The position numbers were made by a program, and so were the translations under genes. The notes below the pieces were generated by a model. It made no database searches. It saw only the letters and a list, made by a program, of their open reading frames with translations, and had not been told where the DNA came from. DNA of 64,000 nucleotides from Thermodesulfobacteriota bacterium (GTDB lineage: Bacteria > Desulfobacterota > Desulfobulbia > Desulfobulbales > SURF-16): the NCBI GenBank assembly GCA_039715015.1, contig JBDLIE010000007.1, positions 1 to 64,000 on the forward strand, read 5' to 3'. Shown here in pieces: positions 42,145-52,996 of the stretch (the first letter of the stretch is position 1; every line of letters begins with the position of its first letter).

Positions 42145-42639
42145 ATGAATAGAGCAAAACCCGGAGATGTAGTTTCCATCGACTACGAAGGTGTACTGGA
42201 AAACGGTGAAGTTTTTGAATCCACCGCCGAAATCGGCCCCTTGGACTTCACCCTTGGCACAGGCAGTGTTATGCCGGCCTTTGAAATGGCTGTTGTTGGC
42301 ATGGCCATTGGTGAAAGTACTGAAATTGCCCTTGAGCCAAAAGACGGCTATGGGGAACGGCAGAAGGAATTATTGCAGACCGTGGACAAAAGCGTTTTTG
42401 GCGACCAGGCTGATCTCAAACTTGGTCAGATCCTCCATCTGAATATGGAAAAAGAGGGCAAAACCCATAAGGTTCCCGCCACTGTCATTGAGCTGGAAGA
42501 TTCAACCGTAACTCTGGATTATAACCATCCCTTGGCCGGTCACACCCTGACCTTTAAGATTACCCTGAAAACCCTTGAAAAATCGAAGGAACCGATGCCC
42601 ATTGTCAGCGGTCCGGCTGATGGCTCGCCGCTAAATTAA
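42145..42639 (+). CDS. slyD: FKBP-type peptidyl-prolyl isomerase (SlyD-like, no His tail)
   Basis: GEVFEST, DGYG, DYNHPLAGHTLTF. Confidence 0.88.
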   Translation: MNRAKPGDVVSIDYEGVLENGEVFESTAEIGPLDFTLGTGSVMPAFEMAVVGMAIGESTEIALEPKDGYGERQKELLQTVDKSVFGDQADLKLGQILHLNMEKEGKTHKVPATVIELEDSTVTLDYNHPLAGHTLTFKITLKTLEKSKEPMPIVSGPADGSPLN

Positions 42640-43463
42640 TGAACATTATCCTAAGTATTGCCGGCTCTGACCCCTCTGGAGGAGCCGGCATCCAGGCTGA
42701 TTTAAAAACCATTACCACCCTTGGCTGTTACGGAGCAGCAGCCATAACCGCCATCACCTGTCAAAACAGCCAGGGCGTCAGCCACTGCCTGCCCCTCTCC
42801 CCTCAGCTCGTCGTTGATCAGGTTTCAGCGGTATTAAGCGACATGGCGCCAAGCCACATTAAAATTGGCATGACAGCCAGTGCCGAGATCATCTCGGCTC
42901 TGGCAAAATGCCTTGATGATTTCACGGGAGAGATCATCTTTGACCCTGTCTTAAAGGCATCAGCAGGGCAATCCCTTCTCGGCTCTGATTCCCCGGAAGC
43001 CATGGTCCCGCTACTGCAGAGAGTCACCGTTCTCACCCCAAATATCATGGAGCTTGCCATCCTCAGCGGCCAGGAAATTAATAATGAAGAAGAGGCCAAG
43101 AGGGCTGCTGAAACTCTTTTAGACAAATACCCCAACATCAAGGCGCTCTGCATTAAGGGGGGACATCTCTGTGAAGAGAAGAAGGAAGTCATCGACATCC
43201 TCCTGGTAAAGGCAGGAAGCCATGGGAACCTGCAAATAAGCGAGGTACGCCACCCCCGGCGTCAGACCCAAAACAGCCACGGTACCGGCTGCACCTTTGC
43301 CAGCGCCTTTGCCGCCTTGCACGCCCAATTGATGGATTACCAAAAAGCGTTTGAGTCTGCAGTGCTTTACGTGGACAGTCTTTTAGAAATGAGCAAGGAT
43401 GAAAAAATCGGAGTGGGCATCGGGCCTTTGCAACACTTTAGAATGTCAAATTTTAAATCTTGA
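42639..43463 (+). CDS. thiD: Hydroxymethylpyrimidine/phosphomethylpyrimidine kinase
   Basis: IAGSDPSGGAGIQADLK, KGGH, HGTGCT. Confidence 0.95.
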   Translation: MNIILSIAGSDPSGGAGIQADLKTITTLGCYGAAAITAITCQNSQGVSHCLPLSPQLVVDQVSAVLSDMAPSHIKIGMTASAEIISALAKCLDDFTGEIIFDPVLKASAGQSLLGSDSPEAMVPLLQRVTVLTPNIMELAILSGQEINNEEEAKRAAETLLDKYPNIKALCIKGGHLCEEKKEVIDILLVKAGSHGNLQISEVRHPRRQTQNSHGTGCTFASAFAALHAQLMDYQKAFESAVLYVDSLLEMSKDEKIGVGIGPLQHFRMSNFKS

Positions 43464-43552
43464 GTTGCGAAAGATGAAGGGGAAGGAGAAAAAATCTTAG
43501 TAGCTGACTCCCTTTCTTCGGGACTCAACGCTCACCATTTACAGTTCGACAT

Positions 43553-43753
43553 TCAATAGGTCATCCGGATGCGGCCACAATCCGGGCACACCCAGGTGGG
43601 GCCATTGGAAATCCCCCAGGCGTTTTCTTGAAAACAGGATTCGCAGATCTGAAAGCCACAGGGGCAGTTGAAACAGTACGGCATTTCTTTCTTGCAACAC
43701 TGGCACAGATAACTCTTCTGGCGGCGACCTCTTTTTTTCTTTTTTTCAGTCAT
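43553..43753 (-). CDS. Small Cys-rich putative zinc-binding protein
   Basis: 10 Cys in 66 aa; start overlaps the cutA stop (ATGA). Confidence 0.75.
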   Translation of the reverse strand: MTEKKKKRGRRQKSYLCQCCKKEMPYCFNCPCGFQICESCFQENAWGISNGPTWVCPDCGRIRMTY

Positions 43754-44079
43754 GGAGAGGTGCGAAGCTCCTTTTCGAGCCAGCTGAGATACTCTTCACT
43801 TCCGCTGACAATGGGCAGAGCCACAATCTCAGGTGTCTCATAAGGGTGGTGTTTGTTAATCTCCGCCGCCAAAGCGTCATAGAGATCACATCTGCTTTTA
43901 ATCTGCAATTGGAATTCCTGATCATTCTCTAAGGTGCCCTGCCATTGATAAAAGCTGGTAATAGGACCGCAAACCTGGACGCACCCCGCCAATCTCTGCT
44001 CAACAAGATGGCGGGCCAGCTTGTCAGCCTCTTCTTTGCTGGCCAGGGTTGTTATCACCTGAACATATTTTGTTTTCAT
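43750..44079 (-). CDS. cutA: Divalent-cation tolerance protein CutA
   Basis: LAGCVQ, SFYQWQG, HPYETPEI. Confidence 0.93.
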   Translation of the reverse strand: MKTKYVQVITTLASKEEADKLARHLVEQRLAGCVQVCGPITSFYQWQGTLENDQEFQLQIKSRCDLYDALAAEINKHHPYETPEIVALPIVSGSEEYLSWLEKELRTSP

Positions 44080-44091
44080 TGTTTGCACTCT

Positions 44092-45159
44092 TTATCCACT
44101 GGGAATTGTCATAATGAAACGACTCCCCACCCCAGCCGGATTGTCCATGACAACGATATCACCACCATGACGGTTACAGATACGATGACTGATGGACATG
44201 CTCAGTCCTGGGCCGCGTTTGTGATGGGTTATATCAGACACAGAAAATTCCTCAAAAATATGCTTCTTGTGGCCTCGCTCAACCCCGCATCCTTGGTCAT
44301 CGACAATAATCTGGCAGGCATCTTCTTGTTTACCAACCTGCACGGTCACATGACCAGCCTGGGGAGAAAACTTCATAGCATTACCGACAATTGACACCAA
44401 GGCATATCGAAGAAGGGGCCAGTCTGCCTCAAACTGCAGGTGCTTACTGCCTCTTATGGAAGATTGGATCCCCTTATCTTCATAACGCATGGCGCACTCA
44501 GCAACAACATTTTCAACAAGGGCCGCCACAGGCTCACGGCTCCTGGTCAGCGCCAGCCCGGCCTTAAGCTTGCTCAGCAATATGGCGTTTTGCAAAAAGC
44601 GATTAAGGTGGGCGCCTTCAACGGCAATCATCGAGACAAGCTCACGATGCCCCTCTGCCAAACTGGCATCCGCAAGAAGTATCTCGCTACAGCCCATAAT
44701 TCCGTTAATCGGCGTCATGGTCTCATGGGTCAGCAGGGTGAGCAGATCACCCTTTACCTGGTCCACCTCTTCTTGATGTTTTAAGCGGCTAAACACTTCA
44801 ATTTTGGCCAGGAATTCCTGCTGGTCAAAAGGCTTTATGATGTAGTCATCGGCCCCTGCCTCATAACCGCGACGCCTCTCGTTGATACGGGCATGACCCG
44901 AAACCATGATTATTTTGGTAAAGCGATATTTATCCTTCGCCCTCACCTTCTGACACACCGTGTAGCCATCCATCCCATCCATCTCGATATCCAAAAGAAT
45001 GATGTCAGGCTTAAACACTTCAAGTTTCTCCAGGGCCTCGCCACCAGACGACGCCGTCAAGATCTCATAGCAGCCTTTCAGTTCAAGGATCTGAGAAATG
45101 AAGGCCTGTATAAACGGTTCGTCATCAACGACGAGTATTTTATGACGGGGAGTAGCCAT
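44092..45159 (-). CDS. Response regulator-histidine kinase hybrid (REC-HisKA-HATPase)
   Basis: N-terminal receiver LLDIEM, H-box THETMTP, GNAMKFS, DQGCG. Confidence 0.88.
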   Translation of the reverse strand: MATPRHKILVVDDEPFIQAFISQILELKGCYEILTASSGGEALEKLEVFKPDIILLDIEMDGMDGYTVCQKVRAKDKYRFTKIIMVSGHARINERRRGYEAGADDYIIKPFDQQEFLAKIEVFSRLKHQEEVDQVKGDLLTLLTHETMTPINGIMGCSEILLADASLAEGHRELVSMIAVEGAHLNRFLQNAILLSKLKAGLALTRSREPVAALVENVVAECAMRYEDKGIQSSIRGSKHLQFEADWPLLRYALVSIVGNAMKFSPQAGHVTVQVGKQEDACQIIVDDQGCGVERGHKKHIFEEFSVSDITHHKRGPGLSMSISHRICNRHGGDIVVMDNPAGVGSRFIMTIPSG

Positions 45160-45300
45160 GTTAAAAAGAGGCTGTCGCTCTAAAGGGATATAAACAAATG
45201 CACTGGCCTAGGGAAAATGGATGGTGTACTATCTTGAGACATTTTTTCATATTATTACATGAATGTACAATGAAACTCAGCAGCCATAATTTTTCCTATA

Positions 45301-46071
45301 ATGATTCTTGCCATTGATATCGGTAATAGCCAGACAGTTCTTGGGCTTTATCAGAAAACAGAACTCCACAGCCATTACCGCATAAAGACAGACCGCCACG
45401 CCACGGCCGACGAGCTGGCTATCACCCTGCAATCTCTCTTGGCCTTGAAGGGGCTGGATATTTGTCAACTGTCTGATATGGTAGTGGGCTCGGTGGTTCC
45501 AGCCCTGAAGGCTGCCTGGCGTGAGGTTGGCACATCACAACTTAAAATCAGCCCCCTTATTATGGGCGATGCCGGGATTGACACCGGCGTGGAGATTCTC
45601 ACCGACAATCCCCAAGAAGTGGGGGCGGACAGAATCATCAACGCCCTGGCGGCTTTTCACCGTTACCAGCAGGCCCTTATCGTTGCCGATTTCGGTACGG
45701 CCATCACCTTTGACTGTGTTTCTGACACGGGCGCCTATCTAGGTGGTGCGATTGCCCCCGGCATGGGAATTTCGTTGGAGGCCTTGAGCTCTCAAACAGC
45801 CAAACTCCCCAAGGTGGATATTTCCACTCCTCCCCAAAATGCTATTGGCACCAACACCAGTGAGGCCATCAAGGCCGGGGTGCTTTTTGGCTATGGTGGC
45901 ATGGTGGAAGGTATAACCAGCCGTTTAAGCAAGGAGTTTACCAAGACTCCCCTGGTCATCGCCACCGGTGGCATGGCCGCTCTTGTTGCCCCCTATGCAC
46001 CTACCATCAAAGATGTTGTATCTGACCTCACCCTGGACGGTCTTCGCCTGATATATGAACGAAATCGCTAA
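45301..46071 (+). CDS. coaX: Type III pantothenate kinase
   Basis: DIGNS, GADR, DFGTA, GGAIAPG, ATGG. Confidence 0.95.
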   Translation: MILAIDIGNSQTVLGLYQKTELHSHYRIKTDRHATADELAITLQSLLALKGLDICQLSDMVVGSVVPALKAAWREVGTSQLKISPLIMGDAGIDTGVEILTDNPQEVGADRIINALAAFHRYQQALIVADFGTAITFDCVSDTGAYLGGAIAPGMGISLEALSSQTAKLPKVDISTPPQNAIGTNTSEAIKAGVLFGYGGMVEGITSRLSKEFTKTPLVIATGGMAALVAPYAPTIKDVVSDLTLDGLRLIYERNR

Positions 46072-46972
46072 AAGAGCAATCCTCCCTCCGATCCTCAAGG
46101 CCAATGACGTCATTGGCCTTGCCCCCCTGGCCGGACCTCACCAAGAGGAAGATTTTCAAAAGGGTGCCGCCATATTGAGAGATTTTGGCTTTAACATAAA
46201 AACCTTAAGGCCGACTGCCCCTTTACCCTTTTTGGCTGGATCGGACCAGGAGCGTCTCGATATCTTCCTAAACCTTTGGCAGGACCCTGAGGTAAAAGCT
46301 GTCATGGCAATTCGCGGCGGTTATGGAACGCTGCGCCTTCTTGCCAACCTTGATTACGACTTGTTCAAAGAAAACCCAAAGCCGCTCATTGGTTTTAGTG
46401 ATATCAGCGGCCTGTTGAACGTCATCACCGAGAGGAGCGGCCTCCTCACCTTTCACGGACCAAATCTCACGACACTTGAAAAATCGGACAAAAAATCCCT
46501 GGAGTCATTAATTGATGTTTTAACCCGGCCACAACCAAACGCCTTAAAGCCGGAAAATCTAGAAGTGATCCGCGGTGGTCAGGTTGAGGGGATACTTGCC
46601 GGAGGCAATCTCACCACCCTCATTCACCTGATCGGCACTTCCTTTCAACCACACTTGCAAGACAAGATTCTCTTTCTGGAAGACGTCGGCGAAGCACCTT
46701 ACCGGATTGACCGTCTCCTCACCCAACTACACCTGACAGGGGTATTTAGCAATATCAAGGGCGTCATTCTTGGAGAATTTAACAGCTGCGGTGACCAGGA
46801 AGAGATATGGCAACGGGTGACTGAGTTGGTTGAAGATAACACCATCCCTATCTGGGCTGGTTTTCCTGTTGGCCATGGACAAGAAAATCTCTGCCTTCCA
46901 ATAGGCAGCCAAGTAGTCATGGACTCAAACAGAGGAACCTTGACCTGGAGTGCGCCCTGCCATGGGGTATGA
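46055..46972 (+). CDS. LD-carboxypeptidase (peptidase S66)
   Basis: RGGYG, GFSDIS, LEDVGE, GHG. Confidence 0.92.
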   Translation: MNEIAKRAILPPILKANDVIGLAPLAGPHQEEDFQKGAAILRDFGFNIKTLRPTAPLPFLAGSDQERLDIFLNLWQDPEVKAVMAIRGGYGTLRLLANLDYDLFKENPKPLIGFSDISGLLNVITERSGLLTFHGPNLTTLEKSDKKSLESLIDVLTRPQPNALKPENLEVIRGGQVEGILAGGNLTTLIHLIGTSFQPHLQDKILFLEDVGEAPYRIDRLLTQLHLTGVFSNIKGVILGEFNSCGDQEEIWQRVTELVEDNTIPIWAGFPVGHGQENLCLPIGSQVVMDSNRGTLTWSAPCHGV

Positions 46973-46983
46973 CATTCTTCTAC

Positions 46984-47703
46984 TTATTGGTCGAGCAAGG
47001 TGGAGACCTTTTCACGCAGAGAATCGGCCAACTCATGTTTTTCTTTGAGCTTGTAAGCACCGGCATCAACAGGATCACCGAGGCGAATCACAACCTCTCC
47101 TGAACTGGGTACGATTTTCCCCTTAGCCAGGATCTGATGGGTTCCACAAATTGCCATGGGAACGACCCCAACCCCGGACTTAATGGCAATGACCATCCCC
47201 CCCACCTTAAAGGGCTGCAATGTTCCATCAGCACTCCTGGTCCCCTCTGGAAATATAACAACAGAAGTGCCTTTTTTGATGCGACCTGCGGCCTCTGCCA
47301 AACTTTTCATGGCATTGCGGCCACTGGAGCGATCTATCGGAATATTACCGCTCCGGCGCAATGCCGCCCCAAAAACAGGTATCTGAAAGAGTTCTTTCTT
47401 GGCCAGCCAACGAAAATCCCAGTCGAAATACCCCTGCAGACAAAAAATATCAAACTGGCTCTGGTGATTGGCGGCGAAGATATAGGATTGAGCAGGGTCC
47501 AGTTTTTCCAGTCCCTCAACCCGTACCTTCACACCGCTGACAGCAAGTATCATCTTTGCCCAGATGCGTGGGGCCACCTGGGCCGTTTTCTCACTGGTCC
47601 GGAAGACAAGAAGGTATAATAAGGCCTGCAAACTGGATAAGAGCGTGATAAAAACAGCAAAAATAACCGTAAAAACACCGCGGAAAAAAGAAAAAACTTC
47701 CAT
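46984..47703 (-). CDS. plsC: 1-acyl-sn-glycerol-3-phosphate acyltransferase
   Basis: NHQSQFD and FPEGTRS motifs. Confidence 0.92.
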   Translation of the reverse strand: MEVFSFFRGVFTVIFAVFITLLSSLQALLYLLVFRTSEKTAQVAPRIWAKMILAVSGVKVRVEGLEKLDPAQSYIFAANHQSQFDIFCLQGYFDWDFRWLAKKELFQIPVFGAALRRSGNIPIDRSSGRNAMKSLAEAAGRIKKGTSVVIFPEGTRSADGTLQPFKVGGMVIAIKSGVGVVPMAICGTHQILAKGKIVPSSGEVVIRLGDPVDAGAYKLKEKHELADSLREKVSTLLDQ

Positions 47704-48014
47704 ATTTTTAAACCCTTTACTTTTTGGTTACGAAAACAACGCTCTTCCCTTGCAGCATAAGGATTGCAAAAGAATTTATGGTGTTGATTTAAGAACCGAG
47801 ACAGATTAGCATAGAGTGTAATTGGAAACGAGCCATTTTTCTCCAATTGAGATGCTCAGGATCACTTCAACAGGTCCTCCGAGAAACCCAGACAAGCATC
47901 TCGCAGAGGCTCAGATTAATGTCCATATTTCCACAAACCACTCGTTAAGCATGGCATGAAACCTTCAGCCTCGACTTTTTTGTGGCGCTGAAAAGCGGCG
48001 TTTATATATAAACA

Positions 48015-51000
48015 ATGACTCATGACCCAAGCAAGGCTTCCCCATCACCTCCAACTCCTGGTGATGAGCGGCAGCCCCAAGCACATACTGAAGGCCCCAG
48101 TCCTCTGGCAGAATCCTTCAGCAAATCGGACCTGGCTGACACCAGCGGGGAGTTGACCTCGTCTTCCTCCCGCCGCCATGGAGGCGCCCGTCGCCGTCAA
48201 ATTCCAGGCCGGCCAAGGGCTCCTTTGAGGAATTTTTTCCTCTTTGTGGTTGCCTGTTTGGCCCTTTATGCTCTGGCAGGTTTTTTTCTGGCCCCCTTTC
48301 TTCTGACCTCGACTTTACCCACCTACCTCACCAAAACAACAAATCGTCCGGTCACCATTGGCTCAGCCAGGTTTAACCCTTTCAGCCTGCATATTACCCT
48401 GAAAAACGGGATCATAGGTCAAGATCTTGCTGCTCCGGATGATAAGGTTGACCCTATCCTCTCCTTTGGCAGACTTGAAGGCAAAATCAATCCAGTAGCC
48501 CTTTTTAAAGGGGGCCTGACAATCCATGCCATTCGCGGCAACAGCGTTTTTGCCCATCTTACCCGGCTGCCAGACGGTAACTTTAATATTCCAACGCTCA
48601 TCAAGCAACTGACAAAAACAGAAGCTGCCCTCGACGCATCCCATATTGTCACTCTAATCCAGAACGGAGATTTCCATCTCACAGACAGCCGTCTTCTCTT
48701 TGAGGATATCGCCACCGGTGCAAAACATAATATAGAGTCAATAAGCTTCTCGTTACCGAAAAGAGGCAAAGACAGCGCGGCAATATCACCTCAATTTTCC
48801 GCCGTAGTTGACGGGAGCCCCATGTCCATCGGAGGACAATCAGAGAGCTCGGCCACCGGCCAAAACACCCGTCTTACTTTCTCCCTCGAACAAATCAATC
48901 TTCCCGACTTTCTCACCTACCTCCCCCACCCCCTGCCCGATCTTCTTACCAAGGGTGAAGCAGACATAGAGCTTTTTCTTGATTACCAATTGTCTGCAGA
49001 CAAGTCATACCATCTTGAAATAAGTGGTTCAGGAATGGCCCGCGATATCTGGCTTCGCACATCGGACAAGGGTGAAAACAAAATTGCTTCTGCAAGTTTC
49101 TCCGCCGCCTTCCAACCCCTCGTCTCACAGCTCACCATCAACAAACTCATCTTAGAACAACCAGAATTGCAGCTCCATAAACTCCAGAATGGCAGCTATG
49201 TTTTCCCTGGCTCAGAGACGGTCAAGAAATCTTCGTCTGATGGAGAAATCTTCCTCAACACCTTGGTCGTTAAGAATGGTCGCCTTTCCTATATCGATCA
49301 ACAGGTGGCTGGCGGCTTTGGGGTGATTTTCAACGATGTCAACCTGAGTATGGACTGGTCTGACACAGATAAAAAATTTCACGCCTACGCCTTAAACTGC
49401 GTAACCAGCCGCCAGACACGTATAGCTAGCCAGGGGAAAGTATTCTTTAACAAAGGTGATATTAACGGCCTCTTTATCCTCCACAACCTGCCGTTACCTG
49501 CTCTTACTTCCTATCTACCCAAGGGCTCCGGCATTTCAATTACCGCTGGGATTATTGATAAGGCTGAGGCTGATTTACAGTTCCACCTCAAAAAACAGCA
49601 TAAATCCCCTTTAGTTCTTAAAAACATGAAGGGAACTGCCAGCAATATCGCCATCAACCACCAGGGCAAACCATGGCTCCAGGCAAACAGGAGCTCCTTT
49701 TCTGATGCAACGATCAGCTCAGCCCCCCTACGTTTTTCCATGGGGGCTATTAAGACATCAGGGCTTCTGGCCCATCTCTCACCAGAGCACTCCCTTCTTT
49801 CTTCATTACTTTTTCCGAAAAAGGATGCATCGCCTGTAAATAAAAACATTTTCACAGAACTACACGTCACAAAAAGCTCACTTATCCTTCACGATTTTCC
49901 CTTCCAGAAAATAGATAAGATCCCTGTTAAAATTGAAGAGTTCCACGCCACAGGTTTCAACCCTAAAAAAGATGTCCCAGGTAAGATAAATGCCACCTTC
50001 TCTCTTTCGAAAAGAGAAAATTCCAATCTAACGGGCAACTTTAAACTTTTTCCTTTAGCCGGAGACCTACACCTTCAGCTCCAAAAAATCCCCTTGACGC
50101 TCTTTTCGTCAAAACAGATGCAATGGTTCATCCCAGATGTCACTAAAGGAACTCTTGACTTCGAAGGCGACCTCAATCTCTCAGAACGACGCCTCACAGG
50201 CAAGACAGTCCTAAATGACATCATCGCCATTAATCCAGCAGATAAAACAAAACTTATCAGCTTAAAAAAAGCTTTTAGCCCAGAAATTAAGCTTGGCCTG
50301 CAACCGCTGAAACTTGGCATGGACACCCTGACCCTTGCCGGCCTTGAACTCTATGCAACTCTATCGCCTCAAATAAACTCATTTGCCCCTCAGTTCATTA
50401 ACGTTTCCGACAAGGGGACCATGGCCAGAAGCAATCTGGACATCCAGAACATTGAACTAAAAGACAGCTCCCTCCATTTCACTGATCAAACAGTAAACCC
50501 TGTTTTTTCCCATACTCTCTCAATGATAAATGGCAACCTGACCGGCCTGGAAAACAACCGTGACGCACCTCTTTTCTTTAACATCACAGGAAGCAATAAG
50601 GATCAAGCAGTTCTCAAATCTCAAGGCAACATCACTCTTTTTGATGAGAATTTCGCTGCAGATTTCACAGCCCAGCTTTCAGACCAACCCCTGGATCCCT
50701 TAATACCTTACCTGGAGCCCATATTGGGCCATAGCCTGTCCGGCGGCATCTTTGACATGGACATTTCCTACAAGGAATTAAGCGGAAAAGTAAACGCCGA
50801 CACCTCAATGACGCTTCGCCATCTCAGCTTGGGAGATACTGATCTAGGAAGTAAGCATTTGCCCCTCACCGTCGCCCTTGTCACTGATAACGATGGGGTT
50901 ATCAGGCTGAACATCCCCATCAGTGGCGACATGACAGACCCTTCTTACACCTTTCATACCGCCTATGGTAAAAAACTACGGGGACTGATCAGCAAGGCCT

Positions 51001-51542
51001 CGGTGTCGCCCTTTTCCATGCTTACTGACTTTCACGATCCAGAGAGCATCTCTCTGGATCATATCCTCTTTGAGGCAGGCGCTACTGATCTGGCCCAAAA
51101 CAGCGATGAGAATTTCAAGAAACTACGAACCATCTTACAGAACCGTCCTCTTTTGGCCCTCGTCATCAAGGGGTATAGCTCCGGTAGCGAAGACAGGAAC
51201 GCTCTCCTTCAGAAAAAAAAGGAAGAAGAGGAAAGAAAGCGCCTGGCATTTCAGGGATCGCAAAGTTCTGAGCTGATCGACTCCTACGGCAAAGAGGAAA
51301 TTGCCCCTACAACACTTGGCGCTGACAATGCTGCCATAATCTCTGTATCCAAAGAGGAGTTGGCCGCCCTTGCCATGGATCGTTGCCAGCGCCTGAAGGA
51401 TATTCTTTTTGAAGTTTATGGCGTTGATGAAAAACGAATTATTATTTCTCCCAACACCACGGTGGTTCCCGAAAGTGGCGCAGGCCTTGCCGGTACAAGG
51501 GCTGACTTTATTTTAAGCCGCATGCCACAGAATGCGGACTAA
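48015..51542 (+). CDS. DUF748 / AsmA-like envelope protein
   Basis: N-terminal TM, FNPFSL motif, long repeated beta-rich segments, LNIPISGDMTDP, OmpA-like C-terminal region. Confidence 0.82.
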   Translation: MTHDPSKASPSPPTPGDERQPQAHTEGPSPLAESFSKSDLADTSGELTSSSSRRHGGARRRQIPGRPRAPLRNFFLFVVACLALYALAGFFLAPFLLTSTLPTYLTKTTNRPVTIGSARFNPFSLHITLKNGIIGQDLAAPDDKVDPILSFGRLEGKINPVALFKGGLTIHAIRGNSVFAHLTRLPDGNFNIPTLIKQLTKTEAALDASHIVTLIQNGDFHLTDSRLLFEDIATGAKHNIESISFSLPKRGKDSAAISPQFSAVVDGSPMSIGGQSESSATGQNTRLTFSLEQINLPDFLTYLPHPLPDLLTKGEADIELFLDYQLSADKSYHLEISGSGMARDIWLRTSDKGENKIASASFSAAFQPLVSQLTINKLILEQPELQLHKLQNGSYVFPGSETVKKSSSDGEIFLNTLVVKNGRLSYIDQQVAGGFGVIFNDVNLSMDWSDTDKKFHAYALNCVTSRQTRIASQGKVFFNKGDINGLFILHNLPLPALTSYLPKGSGISITAGIIDKAEADLQFHLKKQHKSPLVLKNMKGTASNIAINHQGKPWLQANRSSFSDATISSAPLRFSMGAIKTSGLLAHLSPEHSLLSSLLFPKKDASPVNKNIFTELHVTKSSLILHDFPFQKIDKIPVKIEEFHATGFNPKKDVPGKINATFSLSKRENSNLTGNFKLFPLAGDLHLQLQKIPLTLFSSKQMQWFIPDVTKGTLDFEGDLNLSERRLTGKTVLNDIIAINPADKTKLISLKKAFSPEIKLGLQPLKLGMDTLTLAGLELYATLSPQINSFAPQFINVSDKGTMARSNLDIQNIELKDSSLHFTDQTVNPVFSHTLSMINGNLTGLENNRDAPLFFNITGSNKDQAVLKSQGNITLFDENFAADFTAQLSDQPLDPLIPYLEPILGHSLSGGIFDMDISYKELSGKVNADTSMTLRHLSLGDTDLGSKHLPLTVALVTDNDGVIRLNIPISGDMTDPSYTFHTAYGKKLRGLISKASVSPFSMLTDFHDPESISLDHILFEAGATDLAQNSDENFKKLRTILQNRPLLALVIKGYSSGSEDRNALLQKKKEEEERKRLAFQGSQSSELIDSYGKEEIAPTTLGADNAAIISVSKEELAALAMDRCQRLKDILFEVYGVDEKRIIISPNTTVVPESGAGLAGTRADFILSRMPQNAD

Positions 51543-51551
51543 CAGGGTTAT

Positions 51552-52136
51552 ATGATGATCACAGATCTTATCACCCGCACCCGTACCTTCCGCCGCTTCA
51601 ATTCCCAAAAACCTGTACCCCACGACCTGGTCACCCAATTTATTGACCTCGCCAGGCTCGGAGGCTCAGCCCGTAATATCCAGCCGTGCAAGTACATGAT
51701 CTGCAGTACGAAAGATCATTGCAGTGCTGTTTTCCCCCTTCTTGGCTGGGCTGGCTACCTACCCCATTGGTCCGGCCCTGCTAAAGAAGAAAGACCCTCA
51801 GCTTACATCCTCTGCCTCCTAGATACCGATCTTTGCGACAACGCTGATTTTGATCTGGGAATTGCCAGTCAAAACATCCTCCTGGGAGCCATGGCGCACG
51901 GTATTGGCGGTTGCCGTATTGCTTCATTTTCGTCCGCCCTTACTCAGCTCTTACATCTCCCTGACAATCTCACCTTAAAACTGGTCATCGCCCTGGGCTA
52001 TCCTGCCGAGAATGTTACTCTCGTAGATCCCAGCGAAAAGGGTGATATTAAGTATTGGCATGGTGATGGAAATTCCCATTTTGTTCCTAAACGCCGCCTT
52101 TCGGAAATACTTTTACCTCTCCCCCTTAAGTCATAA
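51552..52136 (+). CDS. Nitroreductase family protein
   Basis: RTFRRF, SARNIQP, ALGYP, VPKR. Confidence 0.88.
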   Translation: MMITDLITRTRTFRRFNSQKPVPHDLVTQFIDLARLGGSARNIQPCKYMICSTKDHCSAVFPLLGWAGYLPHWSGPAKEERPSAYILCLLDTDLCDNADFDLGIASQNILLGAMAHGIGGCRIASFSSALTQLLHLPDNLTLKLVIALGYPAENVTLVDPSEKGDIKYWHGDGNSHFVPKRRLSEILLPLPLKS

Positions 52137-52972
52137 TGTTACATAGCCCCTACACCCAATACAAACACCTCTATGTCTATCACCTGGACATGATGAACAT
52201 TCCCGCTGTTGATGACCCGGATCTCATCGGTGTCTGGATTGAGGACAACACCGCAGTACTTTTTTTCCATAAAAATAAAGATGCCCTGGTTGCAAAAATA
52301 TGCCACGAAAATGGCTGCGAGGTTATTTATCAGGCGGATCTCGATTATGAGGATTGGGAGGCTGGCCACCAGATTTCAGCTTTTGAGGCCGGCTCTTTTA
52401 CAGTGGCGCCGATTTGGGAAAAGACAGATGCTGACATCGTTCTTGATCCAAGTGTCATTTTTGGTTCAGGCTTTCATCCCACCACCCGCACCTGTCTTCA
52501 GCTTGTTGATAAATATGCTAAAACGCCGGAACTTACCATTAACTCCATGCTCGATTTGGGAACCGGCACCGGCCTTTTAAGCATTGCTGCCGCCAAACAC
52601 GGCGTCAAAGAAATTACAGCCATCGACAACAATCCCCTGGCCTGCCAGGTGGCCCAAGCTAATTGCCGTTACAACCATGTGGAAAAGCACGTTTCTGTCC
52701 AGGAGGCTGATCTACGCAATAATCCCCCCCAGACAAAGGAGGTGGACTTAGTCGTTGCCAACCTCTACCGGGGGCTGCTTGAAGAGCTTTTTAACAGAGC
52801 CGATTTTTGGCAAGGAAATCTCTATATCCTCTCCGGCTTTATCAAATCCATGGAGGCGGACCTGTTAGCGGCCATACCTGCTGACAAACTCCGTTTTCTG
52901 GAGAGAACCAGAAAAGAGCAGTGGTGTATTTGGGTTATTGCCCCTAAAGACAGCCTCTTTTTACAGAGTTGA
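52136..52972 (+). CDS. PrmA-like SAM-dependent methyltransferase
   Basis: FGSGFHPTT, LDLGTGTG, VANL, LSGF. Confidence 0.82.
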   Translation: MLHSPYTQYKHLYVYHLDMMNIPAVDDPDLIGVWIEDNTAVLFFHKNKDALVAKICHENGCEVIYQADLDYEDWEAGHQISAFEAGSFTVAPIWEKTDADIVLDPSVIFGSGFHPTTRTCLQLVDKYAKTPELTINSMLDLGTGTGLLSIAAAKHGVKEITAIDNNPLACQVAQANCRYNHVEKHVSVQEADLRNNPPQTKEVDLVVANLYRGLLEELFNRADFWQGNLYILSGFIKSMEADLLAAIPADKLRFLERTRKEQWCIWVIAPKDSLFLQS

Positions 52973-52996
52973 CCACCCGCCATCTGGCGGACCCTT

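Noticed and set aside
47952..47967. Sigma54-like TGGCATGAAACCTTCA upstream of the DUF748 gene
   Set aside because: No GC at the -12 position.
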